Below, one piece after another: positions 7,573 to 17,713 of a stretch of DNA of 64,000 nt (positions are counted from its first letter, which is position 1; each line of letters starts with the position of its first letter). This stretch comes from Candidatus Dojkabacteria bacterium HGW-Dojkabacteria-1 (lineage in GTDB: Bacteria > Patescibacteriota > Dojkabacteria > SC72). A program made the translations under genes and the position numbers. The stretch spans positions 524,360-588,359 of the forward strand of contig PHAO01000001.1 of the NCBI GenBank assembly GCA_002840365.1, read 5' to 3'. The notes below the pieces were generated by a model. It saw only the letters and a program-made list of their open reading frames with translations. It made no database searches and was not told where the DNA came from.

Positions 7573-10032
7573 ATGAAATTACCAATTAAAGTAGCAGAAG
7601 ATTACACTGGGATAAAGATTGAAATAGAGGAGTTACTTCATATCCTAGCAAGTAAAATAGGGGAAGTAGAGGATGTAAACAATCTTTCAGAAATGTATAA
7701 AGGTATTTTCATTGCTCAGATAACAGGTAAGCAGGAACATCCTGATGCTGAAAAACTCGGTGTATACAAAATTACAATCGGGGAGGATGAAGATATTCAG
7801 GTTGTTGCAGGTGATAAGACCTTAGAAATAGGAGACAAAGTTGCGTATATTGTTCCAGGCAATATAGTTCCCTCTACATACAAAACTTCAGAAGAATTTG
7901 AAATAAAAGCAATAAAAATGAGAGGTATACTTTCCAATGGTATGCTCTGCTCAGAAAAAGAACTTAACATTGGACCTGACCATACAAAGGTATTAAAACT
8001 TGATACAAATGCTCCTGTTGGAGAAAGTTTTACTACATATTTTGGATTCGATGATACTGTTATTGATATAGAGAATAAAGCCTTAACAAATAGGGGAGAT
8101 CTTTTTGGAATATTAGGATTAGCAAGAGAAATAGCAGGAGCTAAGAATGTAAAATTTACAAGCCCAGATTGGTATAAAGGAGAAATATATACTGTAGAAG
8201 GAGAAAATATTAACCTTGAAATAGAGAATCAAGCTACAAATCTGTGCCCTCGATATGTAGGAGTAGTAATTGACAACATCACAGTACAAGAATCACCTGT
8301 TTGGCTTAAATCAATACTACTAAAATCCGGTATTAGGCCAATAAATAATATTGTAGACATTACTAATTACATCTCTATATTAGTAGGCCAACCATTACAT
8401 GCCTTTGACTATGACAAGGTTGTAGAAAAAGATTCTAAAAGTAATGGTAGTGCAAAGATTACAGTAAGGTTAGCAAAAGATGGAGAAACAATTCATACCC
8501 TAGATAACAATTTGGTTACACTAACTAGCAATACTCTAGTTATTGCAGATAGTACAAACCCAATAGCCATTGCAGGTGTAATAGGGGGATTAGATACAGA
8601 AATAGATAATAATACAAAAAGAATAATATTAGAGTCCGCAAATTTTGATAGATTCAATGTAAGAAAGACCTCTATGTCTCTGGGTATTTTTACTGATGCT
8701 GTAACTCGATTTACAAAAGCTCTAGATCCAAATCAATGTAAATATGCTCTTCAATATGCATGTTCTTTGATAAAAGAACTTTCAGGTGGAGATTTGGCAA
8801 GTAAAATTGTAGATATATACCCTGAAGTAATAGAACCAAAGGCTATAACCCTCTCAATTTCTAAGCTTAATGAGCATCTTGGAACAAGTTTAACAAAAGA
8901 AGAAATAACGAATATTTTAGAAAATATTGAATACAATATTTCTGAAAACAACGAAAGTGAGGATTTCCTTACTGTATTAGCTCCTACATTTAGAACAGAT
9001 ATTTCAATTCCAGAAGATATTCACGAGGATATTGGAAGAATATATGGATATGAAAATATATTACCTAAGCTTCCACTAAGAGATGTCTCTGCACCAAACA
9101 AGAACAGGATTGTAGGTATAAAATCAAAGATTAGAAGTATATTAAGTAATTCTGGAGCAAATGAAATAATTACATATAGTTTTGTAAGTAAAGATTTAAT
9201 CGAGAAAAGCAATCAGGATGTTAATATTGCTTTCCATTTAAAGAATGCTCTTTCTCCAGATTTAGCCTTTATGAGAACCTCCTTGCTTACCTCTATGCTT
9301 TCAAAGGCACAAGAAAATATTCAAAGAAATATTCCAACCTTTTGTATGTATGAATTCAATATCGCACATCAAAAGGGTAATATGGACAAATTTGAATTAC
9401 CACAAGAACAATGGAATATGTCATTACTTTTCTCAACTAGAGAAGATATTCTTGATGGAAACCCGTACTACCAAGTAAAAAGATATTTAGACAAGATCTT
9501 TAATACTCTTGGTATAGAGGGGGTGGAGTATAGCTTAGTCAGGAAGTCCTCAGAAAGAGACTTACCTGTATGGATTATGAATATAATTCCTACCTTCAGT
9601 GATAAGGGTAGTGCATTGATAATGTATAAGGGCAATGTGATTGGCATAATTGGTGACTTCAAAAATTCTGTTAAATCCAATTTCAAATTACCAACGTATA
9701 CAGCTGGACTAGAAATAAATATTGAGAAATTGGCAAAATTGAAAACTAATAAAAAAATTAAAAGGGATTCTTCTAAATACCCCTCTATTACACAAGATCT
9801 AACATTTGTTGTTGAGAAAGACATGGAATACAAAGATTTAGAGAAGATCCTCTATAAAGAGATAGATAGTAAAAATAGGAAAGCAAACATAGAGTGTATT
9901 GATATATATTCTAAGGATGGTATCCAAAAAAGTATAACTATAAGAATAACAATAGAACATATGGAAAAGACACTTAGTGATAAGGACTTTGAAAAGATAG
10001 TGGAAAAAATTACCAAAACTCTTAATAAGTAA
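7573..10032 (+). CDS. pheT: Phenylalanyl-tRNA synthetase beta subunit
   Basis: The protein is 819 aa and begins 3 nt after pheS. The tRNA-binding N-domain, the B3/B4 domain and the B5 domain are present ('TFRTDISIPEDIHEDIGRIYGYENI'). A C-terminal FDX-ACB-like domain is also present. Confidence 0.85.
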   Translation: MKLPIKVAEDYTGIKIEIEELLHILASKIGEVEDVNNLSEMYKGIFIAQITGKQEHPDAEKLGVYKITIGEDEDIQVVAGDKTLEIGDKVAYIVPGNIVPSTYKTSEEFEIKAIKMRGILSNGMLCSEKELNIGPDHTKVLKLDTNAPVGESFTTYFGFDDTVIDIENKALTNRGDLFGILGLAREIAGAKNVKFTSPDWYKGEIYTVEGENINLEIENQATNLCPRYVGVVIDNITVQESPVWLKSILLKSGIRPINNIVDITNYISILVGQPLHAFDYDKVVEKDSKSNGSAKITVRLAKDGETIHTLDNNLVTLTSNTLVIADSTNPIAIAGVIGGLDTEIDNNTKRIILESANFDRFNVRKTSMSLGIFTDAVTRFTKALDPNQCKYALQYACSLIKELSGGDLASKIVDIYPEVIEPKAITLSISKLNEHLGTSLTKEEITNILENIEYNISENNESEDFLTVLAPTFRTDISIPEDIHEDIGRIYGYENILPKLPLRDVSAPNKNRIVGIKSKIRSILSNSGANEIITYSFVSKDLIEKSNQDVNIAFHLKNALSPDLAFMRTSLLTSMLSKAQENIQRNIPTFCMYEFNIAHQKGNMDKFELPQEQWNMSLLFSTREDILDGNPYYQVKRYLDKIFNTLGIEGVEYSLVRKSSERDLPVWIMNIIPTFSDKGSALIMYKGNVIGIIGDFKNSVKSNFKLPTYTAGLEINIEKLAKLKTNKKIKRDSSKYPSITQDLTFVVEKDMEYKDLEKILYKEIDSKNRKANIECIDIYSKDGIQKSITIRITIEHMEKTLSDKDFEKIVEKITKTLNK

Positions 10033-12979
10033 CCGTTATTGGAGCACTCTGATATGTTTGACCTCCAGAAGCAGCAGAGGCAAGAATAGAGTAATTACCC
10101 CTTGATACTGTTTGTTCAAGTTGCCACATGACACTCCATCCATTGTTACCATTGTTGTCAGTTAATGTTTTACTGTATCCACCTCCAATTTTAGAGATTA
10201 AAAAATTTACCTGAGAAGGATTAATCCCCGTTATAGAGGCCTCAATTAACAGTGGAAAGGAAGGAATTGTTGTTCCATTTGAAGGTCTTGTAATATTTAT
10301 TGTTACAGCAGGGGGAGTAATTGTAAACACAACACTTTTAGTTGTTGTTTTATCATAGTTATCTTTTGTGAATACAGTCAATGTATGATTCCCAAAACTT
10401 AGCCCAGAGGTATTGTAATTTACAGTAAATTGACCACTACTTAATGAAGCTGGAACACTTGTACCATCAATACTAATTGTGAATTCCTTAACTGATTCCA
10501 AAACTCTTACACTTCCTTTTATCTCCATATTATCACCTTGTTTAAACTGTTGATTAACCGTTGGTTTTTCCACCTCAATTACTGGAGAATTACCTGGACC
10601 AAGTGGAAGGGTACACACACCTGAGCCCGGTTTTTCAAATATATACGAGCTACCCTCAGCACCAGCGAGATTTGCTTGATATGTTTCCCTTTGAAGAGCA
10701 TTCTCAAGCTTAAAGGTCATATATACTTTATCTACTACCAAGCCATATTGCCTTGCAGCCTCTAAGTTTGTAGGTATAAGGCCATTTAGAGTACAAATTG
10801 GAACAACCTCTCTTACATCTGCCTGAGGAGGCCTACCAGCAATATATACAGTAGCTTCCTTCTCACAATTTACTCCATCAGCAGGAACACCACCTGTATC
10901 TCTACATACAACCGCAGAAAGAATACCTGCAGGTCTAGTGAATGTTTCCACTTTATACCTATCTGCCAACCTATTTACAATGCTATGAGCGATAGGAAGG
11001 GGAACAGATACACCCCAAGCACCTGGTGTTACTGTATTGTCATTATTACCAGCCCATACACCTACAACTAAGTTCTTGTGATACATCATTGCAGTTAAGT
11101 CCTTAGGACCATCGGTAGTACCTGTTTTCATACAAATATTTACTCCCTTTACTCTTGTATATGCACCACCAATCCTATCTCCATGACCACCTAAATCACA
11201 AAGGATATAGTTGAGAAGATATATTTCTTTCTCATCTACAACTTGCTTACCAGTAAAATCTACTACCTCTTTAATTACATTACCCTTTGTATCCTCTACC
11301 TTAAGTACAGCCACTGTATCATGCCTTACACCTTCATTCGCAAACACTCCAAAGGCTGCAGTATGTTCAAGCAATTTCATTTCACCTGCACCTAGAGCTA
11401 GAGCCAATCCATAGTCAGCTTTGTTTTTAAGAGTTGTAATACCCAACTTGTCTGTTGTCTGTAAGAATGTATCTATACCTGCTAACTGAAGAGTATATAC
11501 TGAAGGCAAGTTTCTTGATCTACCAAGACCCTTTCTTGCAGTACCAATACCTTCAAATCCTTTATCCCAGTTAAGTGGTTTGTAATTACCAAAAGACATT
11601 GCTATGTCAGGTGCTAAAGTCCATGGTCCATATCCTTTTGAAAATGCAGCAAGATATACATATGGCTTTGCAGAAGAACCAACCTGCCTATTACTTGTTG
11701 TAATATTAACGTTTCCATCAACCTTAGGATTCTCAACATTCCAATAGTCGACAGATCCAACCATTGCAAGAATTTCACCAGTCTTTGGTTCCATCACTAC
11801 TGCAGCACCATTGTTCACTTTAAAAGGTAACCCATTTTTACCAATTCCATTCCTTACTTCCTCTTCTGCTATTTCTTGTATAGAGTAATCTAGTGTAGTA
11901 GTAACTTTAAGTCCACCTCTTTCTACACGATCAACACCAAACTCAGCTTCTAATTGCTGTTTGACAAAGAATACAAAATGAGGAGCCTTAATATCTATTC
12001 TCCTTGTTCTATATGCTATCTCCTCTGCCTTTGCTGCTTCTATTTCTTCTGAAGTTACACCTGTCAATTCCTTGTGCCTTAACATTTGATTAAGGACATA
12101 TTCTTGCCTTACCTTTGCCATTTCAGGCTGTGTACCAAAAAGAGGTGAGTATCTACCAGGACTTTGAATTAATCCTGCAAGTAGTGCACTCTCTGCAAGT
12201 GTTAAATCACTTACATTCTTACCAAAATATGCATTTGCTGCAGCTTGGAAACCATAATTAACACCACCAAGAGGTATTTCATTCATGTACATCTGTAAAA
12301 TTTCATCCTTCGTAAAAGTTTGCTCAACCTGCATTGTAATCAATACTTCCTTAATCTTTCTAGAATATGTTTGTTCGTATGCTTGTTCACCCAAAACATC
12401 AAAAAGTATTGTATTCTTGACCAATTGCTGAGTAATAGTACTTGCTCCTCTTACAATATTTCCTTTTCTGAGATTCTGAAATGCAGAACTTGCAATACTT
12501 AGGTAATCAATACCCTTATGCTGGTAAAATTCAATGTCTTCAGCTGCAAGTAAAGCCCATTTTGTATGCTCTGGAATCTTATCTATTGTAACAAACTCTC
12601 TGTTTTGATCACCATATACCGTATAGAGAAGCTGTCCATTTCTATCAAATATCTGAGTACTTTGATCTGAAGATCTCTCAACAAGCTTGTCTGGAGATGG
12701 TAGAGAGTTCTGTAAACCTTTAAGGTATACACCAACAGCGATTAGAACTGCACAGGCAAGAAAAAATCCTACTCCAACAACAATATACAATACCTTTCTA
12801 ATTTTTGACTTATCAAATCTACCACTTAAAAAACTTCCACCAATACCCTTTGGAGTTTTTCTTCTTACATTTGCACTATTATATTTCCTTACTCTATTAA
12901 ATCGATTTAAGGAAGTTGGTGTGTTCCTATTTACTCTTCTTTTTTTACTAGCTTTTGACATAGACATAGTATATTTCAT
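10022..12979 (-). CDS. Bifunctional penicillin-binding protein 1A (glycosyltransferase plus transpeptidase) with a basic cytoplasmic tail and C-terminal Ig-like repeats
   Basis: The GT51 motifs are 'GASTITQQLVKN' and 'RKIKE'. The transpeptidase motifs are 'GSSAKP' (SxxK), 'SRN' and 'KTGTT'. An N-terminal TM is present. The C-terminal 250 aa look like beta-sandwich repeats. The 3' end overlaps pheT convergently by 11 nt. Confidence 0.85.
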   Translation of the reverse strand: MKYTMSMSKASKKRRVNRNTPTSLNRFNRVRKYNSANVRRKTPKGIGGSFLSGRFDKSKIRKVLYIVVGVGFFLACAVLIAVGVYLKGLQNSLPSPDKLVERSSDQSTQIFDRNGQLLYTVYGDQNREFVTIDKIPEHTKWALLAAEDIEFYQHKGIDYLSIASSAFQNLRKGNIVRGASTITQQLVKNTILFDVLGEQAYEQTYSRKIKEVLITMQVEQTFTKDEILQMYMNEIPLGGVNYGFQAAANAYFGKNVSDLTLAESALLAGLIQSPGRYSPLFGTQPEMAKVRQEYVLNQMLRHKELTGVTSEEIEAAKAEEIAYRTRRIDIKAPHFVFFVKQQLEAEFGVDRVERGGLKVTTTLDYSIQEIAEEEVRNGIGKNGLPFKVNNGAAVVMEPKTGEILAMVGSVDYWNVENPKVDGNVNITTSNRQVGSSAKPYVYLAAFSKGYGPWTLAPDIAMSFGNYKPLNWDKGFEGIGTARKGLGRSRNLPSVYTLQLAGIDTFLQTTDKLGITTLKNKADYGLALALGAGEMKLLEHTAAFGVFANEGVRHDTVAVLKVEDTKGNVIKEVVDFTGKQVVDEKEIYLLNYILCDLGGHGDRIGGAYTRVKGVNICMKTGTTDGPKDLTAMMYHKNLVVGVWAGNNDNTVTPGAWGVSVPLPIAHSIVNRLADRYKVETFTRPAGILSAVVCRDTGGVPADGVNCEKEATVYIAGRPPQADVREVVPICTLNGLIPTNLEAARQYGLVVDKVYMTFKLENALQRETYQANLAGAEGSSYIFEKPGSGVCTLPLGPGNSPVIEVEKPTVNQQFKQGDNMEIKGSVRVLESVKEFTISIDGTSVPASLSSGQFTVNYNTSGLSFGNHTLTVFTKDNYDKTTTKSVVFTITPPAVTINITRPSNGTTIPSFPLLIEASITGINPSQVNFLISKIGGGYSKTLTDNNGNNGWSVMWQLEQTVSRGNYSILASAASGGQTYQSAPITVTY

Positions 12980-13089
12980 AAGGGGATATTCATTGTATCT
13001 TATTACTCTCTAAATATATATTATATAAAAACAATATTCAACCTCTAGGGCTTTCGAGAGAAATAGCTTAATGATATAATTTTCGTATT

Positions 13090-14382
13090 ATGATAAAAAC
13101 CAAATTATCAACACAACCATACAAAGGAACCATAGATATGTATCCTGAAGATGTACTTCAAAAAAACTATCTTTTTGATGTATGGAAAAGAGTAGCAAAA
13201 AGTTTTGGATATGAGGAGTATGATACTCCAATACTTGAAGAAGCTGATCTTTACAGAGTTAAGTCTGGAGACGAGCTTGCAAACAACCAGTTATTTAACT
13301 TCGTAGATAAAGGAGGTAGAGAGGTCTCATTACGACCTGAAATGACTCCTTCTTTAGCAAGGATCATTGCTGCAAAAAAATACTCCCTTATTCTACCCAT
13401 AAGGTGGTTTAATATTGGTCGCTTTTATAGATATGAGAAACCTCAAAAGGGAAGAACTAGAGAATTTGTACAATTAAATATTGATATTTTAGGAGTATCT
13501 TCAATAGAAGCAGAAGTAGAAATTATTCAGTTTGTAATGAAGGTTATGCAAGAACTTAAGGCAAAAGAAGGTACATATGAGCTCAAGATAAATAATAGAT
13601 ATCTCTTTGACTATTTAGTAAAGGATCTTCTTAAAATAGAGGGTGAGTTGAAAGATAAACTAGCAAAAGCAATTGACAACTATCTAAAGATGGAAAAATC
13701 GACCTTTAATGAATATCTCAAAGAGATAGGTCTAAGTGATTCTCAAAGAGACACTGTATTAGAATATCTTAATTGGGAAATAAAGGATTTAGTAAACATT
13801 AAAGATACCTCTAGAGGTGCACAAGAATTACTTGCTTTATTTGATAGATTAGAAGAATTAGGAGTAAAGAATGTAAGGTTTTGTCCCTATATAATGAGAG
13901 GATTAGCATATTACACGGGAACAGTAGTAGAAATGTATGATATTGGTAGTAAAGAAAATCCTAGAGCTCTCTTTGGAGGCGGAAGATATGATGATCTTTT
14001 AGAAATATTTGGACAAGAAAAATTACCTGCATTTGGTTTAGGATGGGGCGATGTTACAACATTGGACTATCTCAGAACATACAATTTGTTACCCGAATTA
14101 ACAACAGATGTAGATGTATTTGTTACCCTTATGGACGAATCTTTCTCATCAGATATTTCTGATATTGCAAATTACTTAAGAGAGAATGGTCTAAATGTTC
14201 AGGTTCAATTAACATCAACAAAGCTTGGTAAGCAGCTACAATATGCAGACAAAAAGGGTATAAAATGGGTAGTGATAGTAGGGGAAGAGGAAATAAAAGA
14301 AGGAATTGTTCAGCTAAAAGATATGAATACCAAGCAATCATACAAGCTTAAAAAAGAAGAACTTATTGACAGAATTGGGTAA
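13090..14382 (+). CDS. hisS: Histidyl-tRNA synthetase
   Basis: Motif 1 and motif 2 cover 'KGTIDMYPED', 'LRPEMTPSLARI' and 'RFYRYEKPQKGRTREF'. The HisRS-specific motif is 'FGGGRYDDL'. Confidence 0.85.
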   Translation: MIKTKLSTQPYKGTIDMYPEDVLQKNYLFDVWKRVAKSFGYEEYDTPILEEADLYRVKSGDELANNQLFNFVDKGGREVSLRPEMTPSLARIIAAKKYSLILPIRWFNIGRFYRYEKPQKGRTREFVQLNIDILGVSSIEAEVEIIQFVMKVMQELKAKEGTYELKINNRYLFDYLVKDLLKIEGELKDKLAKAIDNYLKMEKSTFNEYLKEIGLSDSQRDTVLEYLNWEIKDLVNIKDTSRGAQELLALFDRLEELGVKNVRFCPYIMRGLAYYTGTVVEMYDIGSKENPRALFGGGRYDDLLEIFGQEKLPAFGLGWGDVTTLDYLRTYNLLPELTTDVDVFVTLMDESFSSDISDIANYLRENGLNVQVQLTSTKLGKQLQYADKKGIKWVVIVGEEEIKEGIVQLKDMNTKQSYKLKKEELIDRIG

Positions 14383-14408
14383 CTTCTTTATACTCTTTTT
14401 GTTTATTT

Positions 14409-15053
14409 TTGATATCACTTAGCTCTATCAATACTACCCTTGTTATTGAAAGCTATCCAGAAATTCAAAAACTAACCAGTAAGTTACCTGAGAACACTAG
14501 ATACATATTTAAAAAGAATCTCTCTAATCTTGAGGATGTATTTAGTAACCACAATATCAAATTATTAATAATTAATAGTAAACAAATTCCCCTTAGCATC
14601 TCTGATATAAAAGCTTTTTATCCGAGCTTGAAAATCCTTGTAATAACTACAAAAGATATCTCTCATTTGAATTTTGTTGATGAACATATTGATAAATCAA
14701 AATTTAGGTCAAAATGTTTGAATTGTAAAATAAGGAAACTTCTTTCAATAAACAATGAAAATTTCTTGGAAATATATTCTAAAGGGAATATATATCTAAA
14801 CCCAGAGACAAAAATATTGTATATCTCAGAGAAATACATACACCTAACAACAAATGAAACGAATATAATAAAATACATACTAGAGAAAGATACTATTTGT
14901 TCTATAAATGAATTGAAAATGATTTTTGGTAACAGAATTAAAGAAAAATGTATTACAGTATTAATATCTAGATTAAGAAAGAAGCTAAGATATACGTTTG
15001 GATATACGATTATAAAGAATAGCTATGGTAAGGGTTACTATATTGAAATCTAA
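14409..15053 (+). CDS. Putative transcriptional regulator with an OmpR/PhoB-type winged-helix C-terminal domain and a degenerate receiver-like N-domain. The start codon is TTG.
   Basis: The C-terminus 'LTTNETNIIKYILEKDTICSINELKMIFGN..TVLISRLRKKL..GYTIIKNSYGKGYYIEI' follows the OmpR trans_reg_C pattern. The N-terminal part ('KLLIINSK...ILVITTKD') has the receiver topology but lacks the DD acidic pocket. Confidence 0.45.
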   Translation: MISLSSINTTLVIESYPEIQKLTSKLPENTRYIFKKNLSNLEDVFSNHNIKLLIINSKQIPLSISDIKAFYPSLKILVITTKDISHLNFVDEHIDKSKFRSKCLNCKIRKLLSINNENFLEIYSKGNIYLNPETKILYISEKYIHLTTNETNIIKYILEKDTICSINELKMIFGNRIKEKCITVLISRLRKKLRYTFGYTIIKNSYGKGYYIEI

Positions 15054-17671
15054 ACTTTTTTCTTCCACTCAGAGATCTTGTTCAAAGCTTCAAGAGGAGT
15101 AAGGTTATCTAAATCTATCTTTTGAATATCTCTTTCTATCTCAGAATCTTTTGAATAGAAGAGGGGGAATTGATATGTTCCATTTGTTTCTTCTTTTTTA
15201 CTTTTTTTACTATCTAATATGTTACTTTCTCTAATATCAGTTTCATTATTAAACATCTGTTCCTGTTCAAAACTTTCTAATATCTCATTAGCTCTCTTAA
15301 TTACTTTTTCTGGTAATCCTGCCATTTTAGCTACATAAATTCCATAACTTCTATCAGTTCCACCTTCAACTATCTTTCTTAGAAAGATTACACTTCCTTC
15401 TTCAATATCCTCTTCAACAAGTACGTTATAGTTTTTAACTCTACTGGAGATCTTTTCGGATAGCTTGAGTAACTCGTGATAGTGAGTTGCAAATAGGGTC
15501 CTAGCTTTTACATCATTAACTAAATACTCAGCTAGTGCCCATGCAATACTAACACCATCGTAGGTACTTGTACCTCTTCCAACTTCATCAAGTACAATGA
15601 GGCTGTATTTTGTTGCATTATTTACAATATTCGCGGCCTCATCCATTTCTACCATAAAGGTACTACGACCCCTAGAAAGATCATCTGATGCTCCAACTCT
15701 AGTAAATATTCTATCTACAATTGATAGCTTCATACTCTTTGCTGGAACAAAGCATCCAATTTGTGCCAAAAGCACTATGGTTGCAACCTGCCTAATATAT
15801 GTCGATTTACCCGACATATTTGGTCCCGTAAGTATTGCCATTGAGGAATTCGTAAAGTCTAAAGTCGTATCATTAGATATGAATTCTTCTTCAGAGATAT
15901 TCTCTATAATTGGATGTCTACCCCCCTTTATTTCTATAATTCCACTCTCTTCACCAATTTCATATAGAGTAGGTTTACAATATTTCTTCGTATATGCAAG
16001 ATATGAAAATCCTACTAAGATATCAAATCTTGCAATCGCCCTAGAGAGTTTTTGTAAAATTTCAATATACTCAAAAAGAGAATCTCTTAAATCAGTGAAT
16101 ATTTCGTATTCAAGTTGAGAGAGTTTGTCCTGAGCGGTAAGAATAATGCTTTCTTTGTTTTTTAATTCTTCCGTTATATATCTTTCACAATTAACCAATG
16201 TTTGTTTTCGAATATATCTATCTGGTACTTTATCTTGATGTGTTTTAGTTACTTCTATGTAATAGCCAAATACTTTGTTAAACCCTATCTTAAGACTAGT
16301 AATTCCTGTTTCTTTTTTCTCACTCTCTTCAAATTCTTTTATCCACCCCTTACTGTCACCTGAAAGAGATCGAAGCTCTCTTACTTCATCATTAAAAGAA
16401 CTTTTAATGATACCTCCTTCTGTAATTGATGTCGGAGGGGAATCAACTATACACTCCTCTATCTTTTCTGATATCTCTAAAATACTCGTTGCATATTCAT
16501 CAAAGGTTTTAGATACATTTTCAACATCCTCCATCTCTTTACTCAATCTAGAGATACTTTCAAGAGATATCTGTAATGCTTTCAAATCTCTAGCATTTGC
16601 CCTTGAAAGCCCTATCTTACCAACAATTCTTTCAATATCATTTACCTCAGAAAGTATTTCTCTCAAGCTTTCTACTTTCTCAAAATTGTTAAAAAGAATA
16701 TCAACAACCTTTAATCGTTCCTCAATATCTTTTTTTTGAATTAGGGGATTTAATATCCAAGAGTAAAGCATCCTTTTACCCATTAATGTAGAGGTGTAAT
16801 CTATTACACCAAAGAGGGAATCCTTTATATCACCATGATATGCATTGTTTACAAGCTCTAAATTTCTAATCGTTGACCTATCTAAAATCATTGTACCAGA
16901 AAGATTTATCTTTTTGGGTTTTTGAATATGCTTAGGATCCATTAATTGAGTTTCTTCAATATATTCCAATACCATTGCTAACGATGTATTTACGATATTC
17001 TCATTTGTTAATCCTAGTGATTCAAGATTCTTTACCTCAAAGAAATCCTTTATCTTTGAATTAGCATATTCCCTATTATTTAATGCTTTACTCAAAAATT
17101 GAACAGGAATATTTGAGAAAGAGAGTTCCTTTTCATTCTCGAGAATTAGTACTTCTACTGGTTCATATGATGTAAAAACAGATTCAATATTCTTTTTAGT
17201 ATTCTCAATTAATACATACAAAAGTTCTCCCGTAGATACATCACAAAGTGTTACTCCAAGATTTTTCTTCTCTATTGCAAATGCTACAAGGTAATTGTTC
17301 TTTATCTCACTTGCATTATCACCATCAAGAGTACCAGGGGTTACTATTCTTGTAACACCTCTTTTTACAATACCTTTTGCTAATTTAGGATCTTCAAGTT
17401 GATCAACAATGACAACACAGTAACCTGCACTGATTAGCTTGGCAAGATATTGATCAAGAGCCTTATGAGGAAATCCTGCCAAAGGAGTAGGGTTCGTATT
17501 TTTGTCTCTCGAAGTAAGGGTAATATTTAACACCTTAGATGTTATCTTTGCATCATCTCCAAAGGTTTCAAAAAAGTCACCCATTCTAAAAAGTACAACC
17601 TTATCTGGATACTGTCTCTTGAACTTCATATATTGACTCATCATTGGAGTCTCTTTAATTCCGTTTACCAT
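15050..17671 (-). CDS. mutS: DNA mismatch repair protein MutS
   Basis: The Walker A motif is 'TGPNMSGKSTYIRQVA' and Walker B is 'SLIVLDEVGRGTSTYDG'. Domains I-IV are present, and the N-terminal motif 'TPMMSQYMKFK' is found. Confidence 0.9.
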   Translation of the reverse strand: MVNGIKETPMMSQYMKFKRQYPDKVVLFRMGDFFETFGDDAKITSKVLNITLTSRDKNTNPTPLAGFPHKALDQYLAKLISAGYCVVIVDQLEDPKLAKGIVKRGVTRIVTPGTLDGDNASEIKNNYLVAFAIEKKNLGVTLCDVSTGELLYVLIENTKKNIESVFTSYEPVEVLILENEKELSFSNIPVQFLSKALNNREYANSKIKDFFEVKNLESLGLTNENIVNTSLAMVLEYIEETQLMDPKHIQKPKKINLSGTMILDRSTIRNLELVNNAYHGDIKDSLFGVIDYTSTLMGKRMLYSWILNPLIQKKDIEERLKVVDILFNNFEKVESLREILSEVNDIERIVGKIGLSRANARDLKALQISLESISRLSKEMEDVENVSKTFDEYATSILEISEKIEECIVDSPPTSITEGGIIKSSFNDEVRELRSLSGDSKGWIKEFEESEKKETGITSLKIGFNKVFGYYIEVTKTHQDKVPDRYIRKQTLVNCERYITEELKNKESIILTAQDKLSQLEYEIFTDLRDSLFEYIEILQKLSRAIARFDILVGFSYLAYTKKYCKPTLYEIGEESGIIEIKGGRHPIIENISEEEFISNDTTLDFTNSSMAILTGPNMSGKSTYIRQVATIVLLAQIGCFVPAKSMKLSIVDRIFTRVGASDDLSRGRSTFMVEMDEAANIVNNATKYSLIVLDEVGRGTSTYDGVSIAWALAEYLVNDVKARTLFATHYHELLKLSEKISSRVKNYNVLVEEDIEEGSVIFLRKIVEGGTDRSYGIYVAKMAGLPEKVIKRANEILESFEQEQMFNNETDIRESNILDSKKSKKEETNGTYQFPLFYSKDSEIERDIQKIDLDNLTPLEALNKISEWKKKV

Positions 17672-17713
17672 TGCATATTATACAAGAGAATATATAGTGA
17701 AAACTATATACTA

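Noticed and set aside
15597-16739. ORFs of 173 and 154 aa on the plus strand inside mutS, and many similar antisense ORFs such as 248..439, 2018..2296, 11211..11414, 18337..18579, 20537..20863, 23041..23481, 33764..34090, 39735..40133, 41134..41598, 48646..49122, 50307..50669 and 62712..63035
   Set aside because: These are shadow ORFs entirely inside well-supported genes on the opposite strand. They have low-complexity composition and no motifs.
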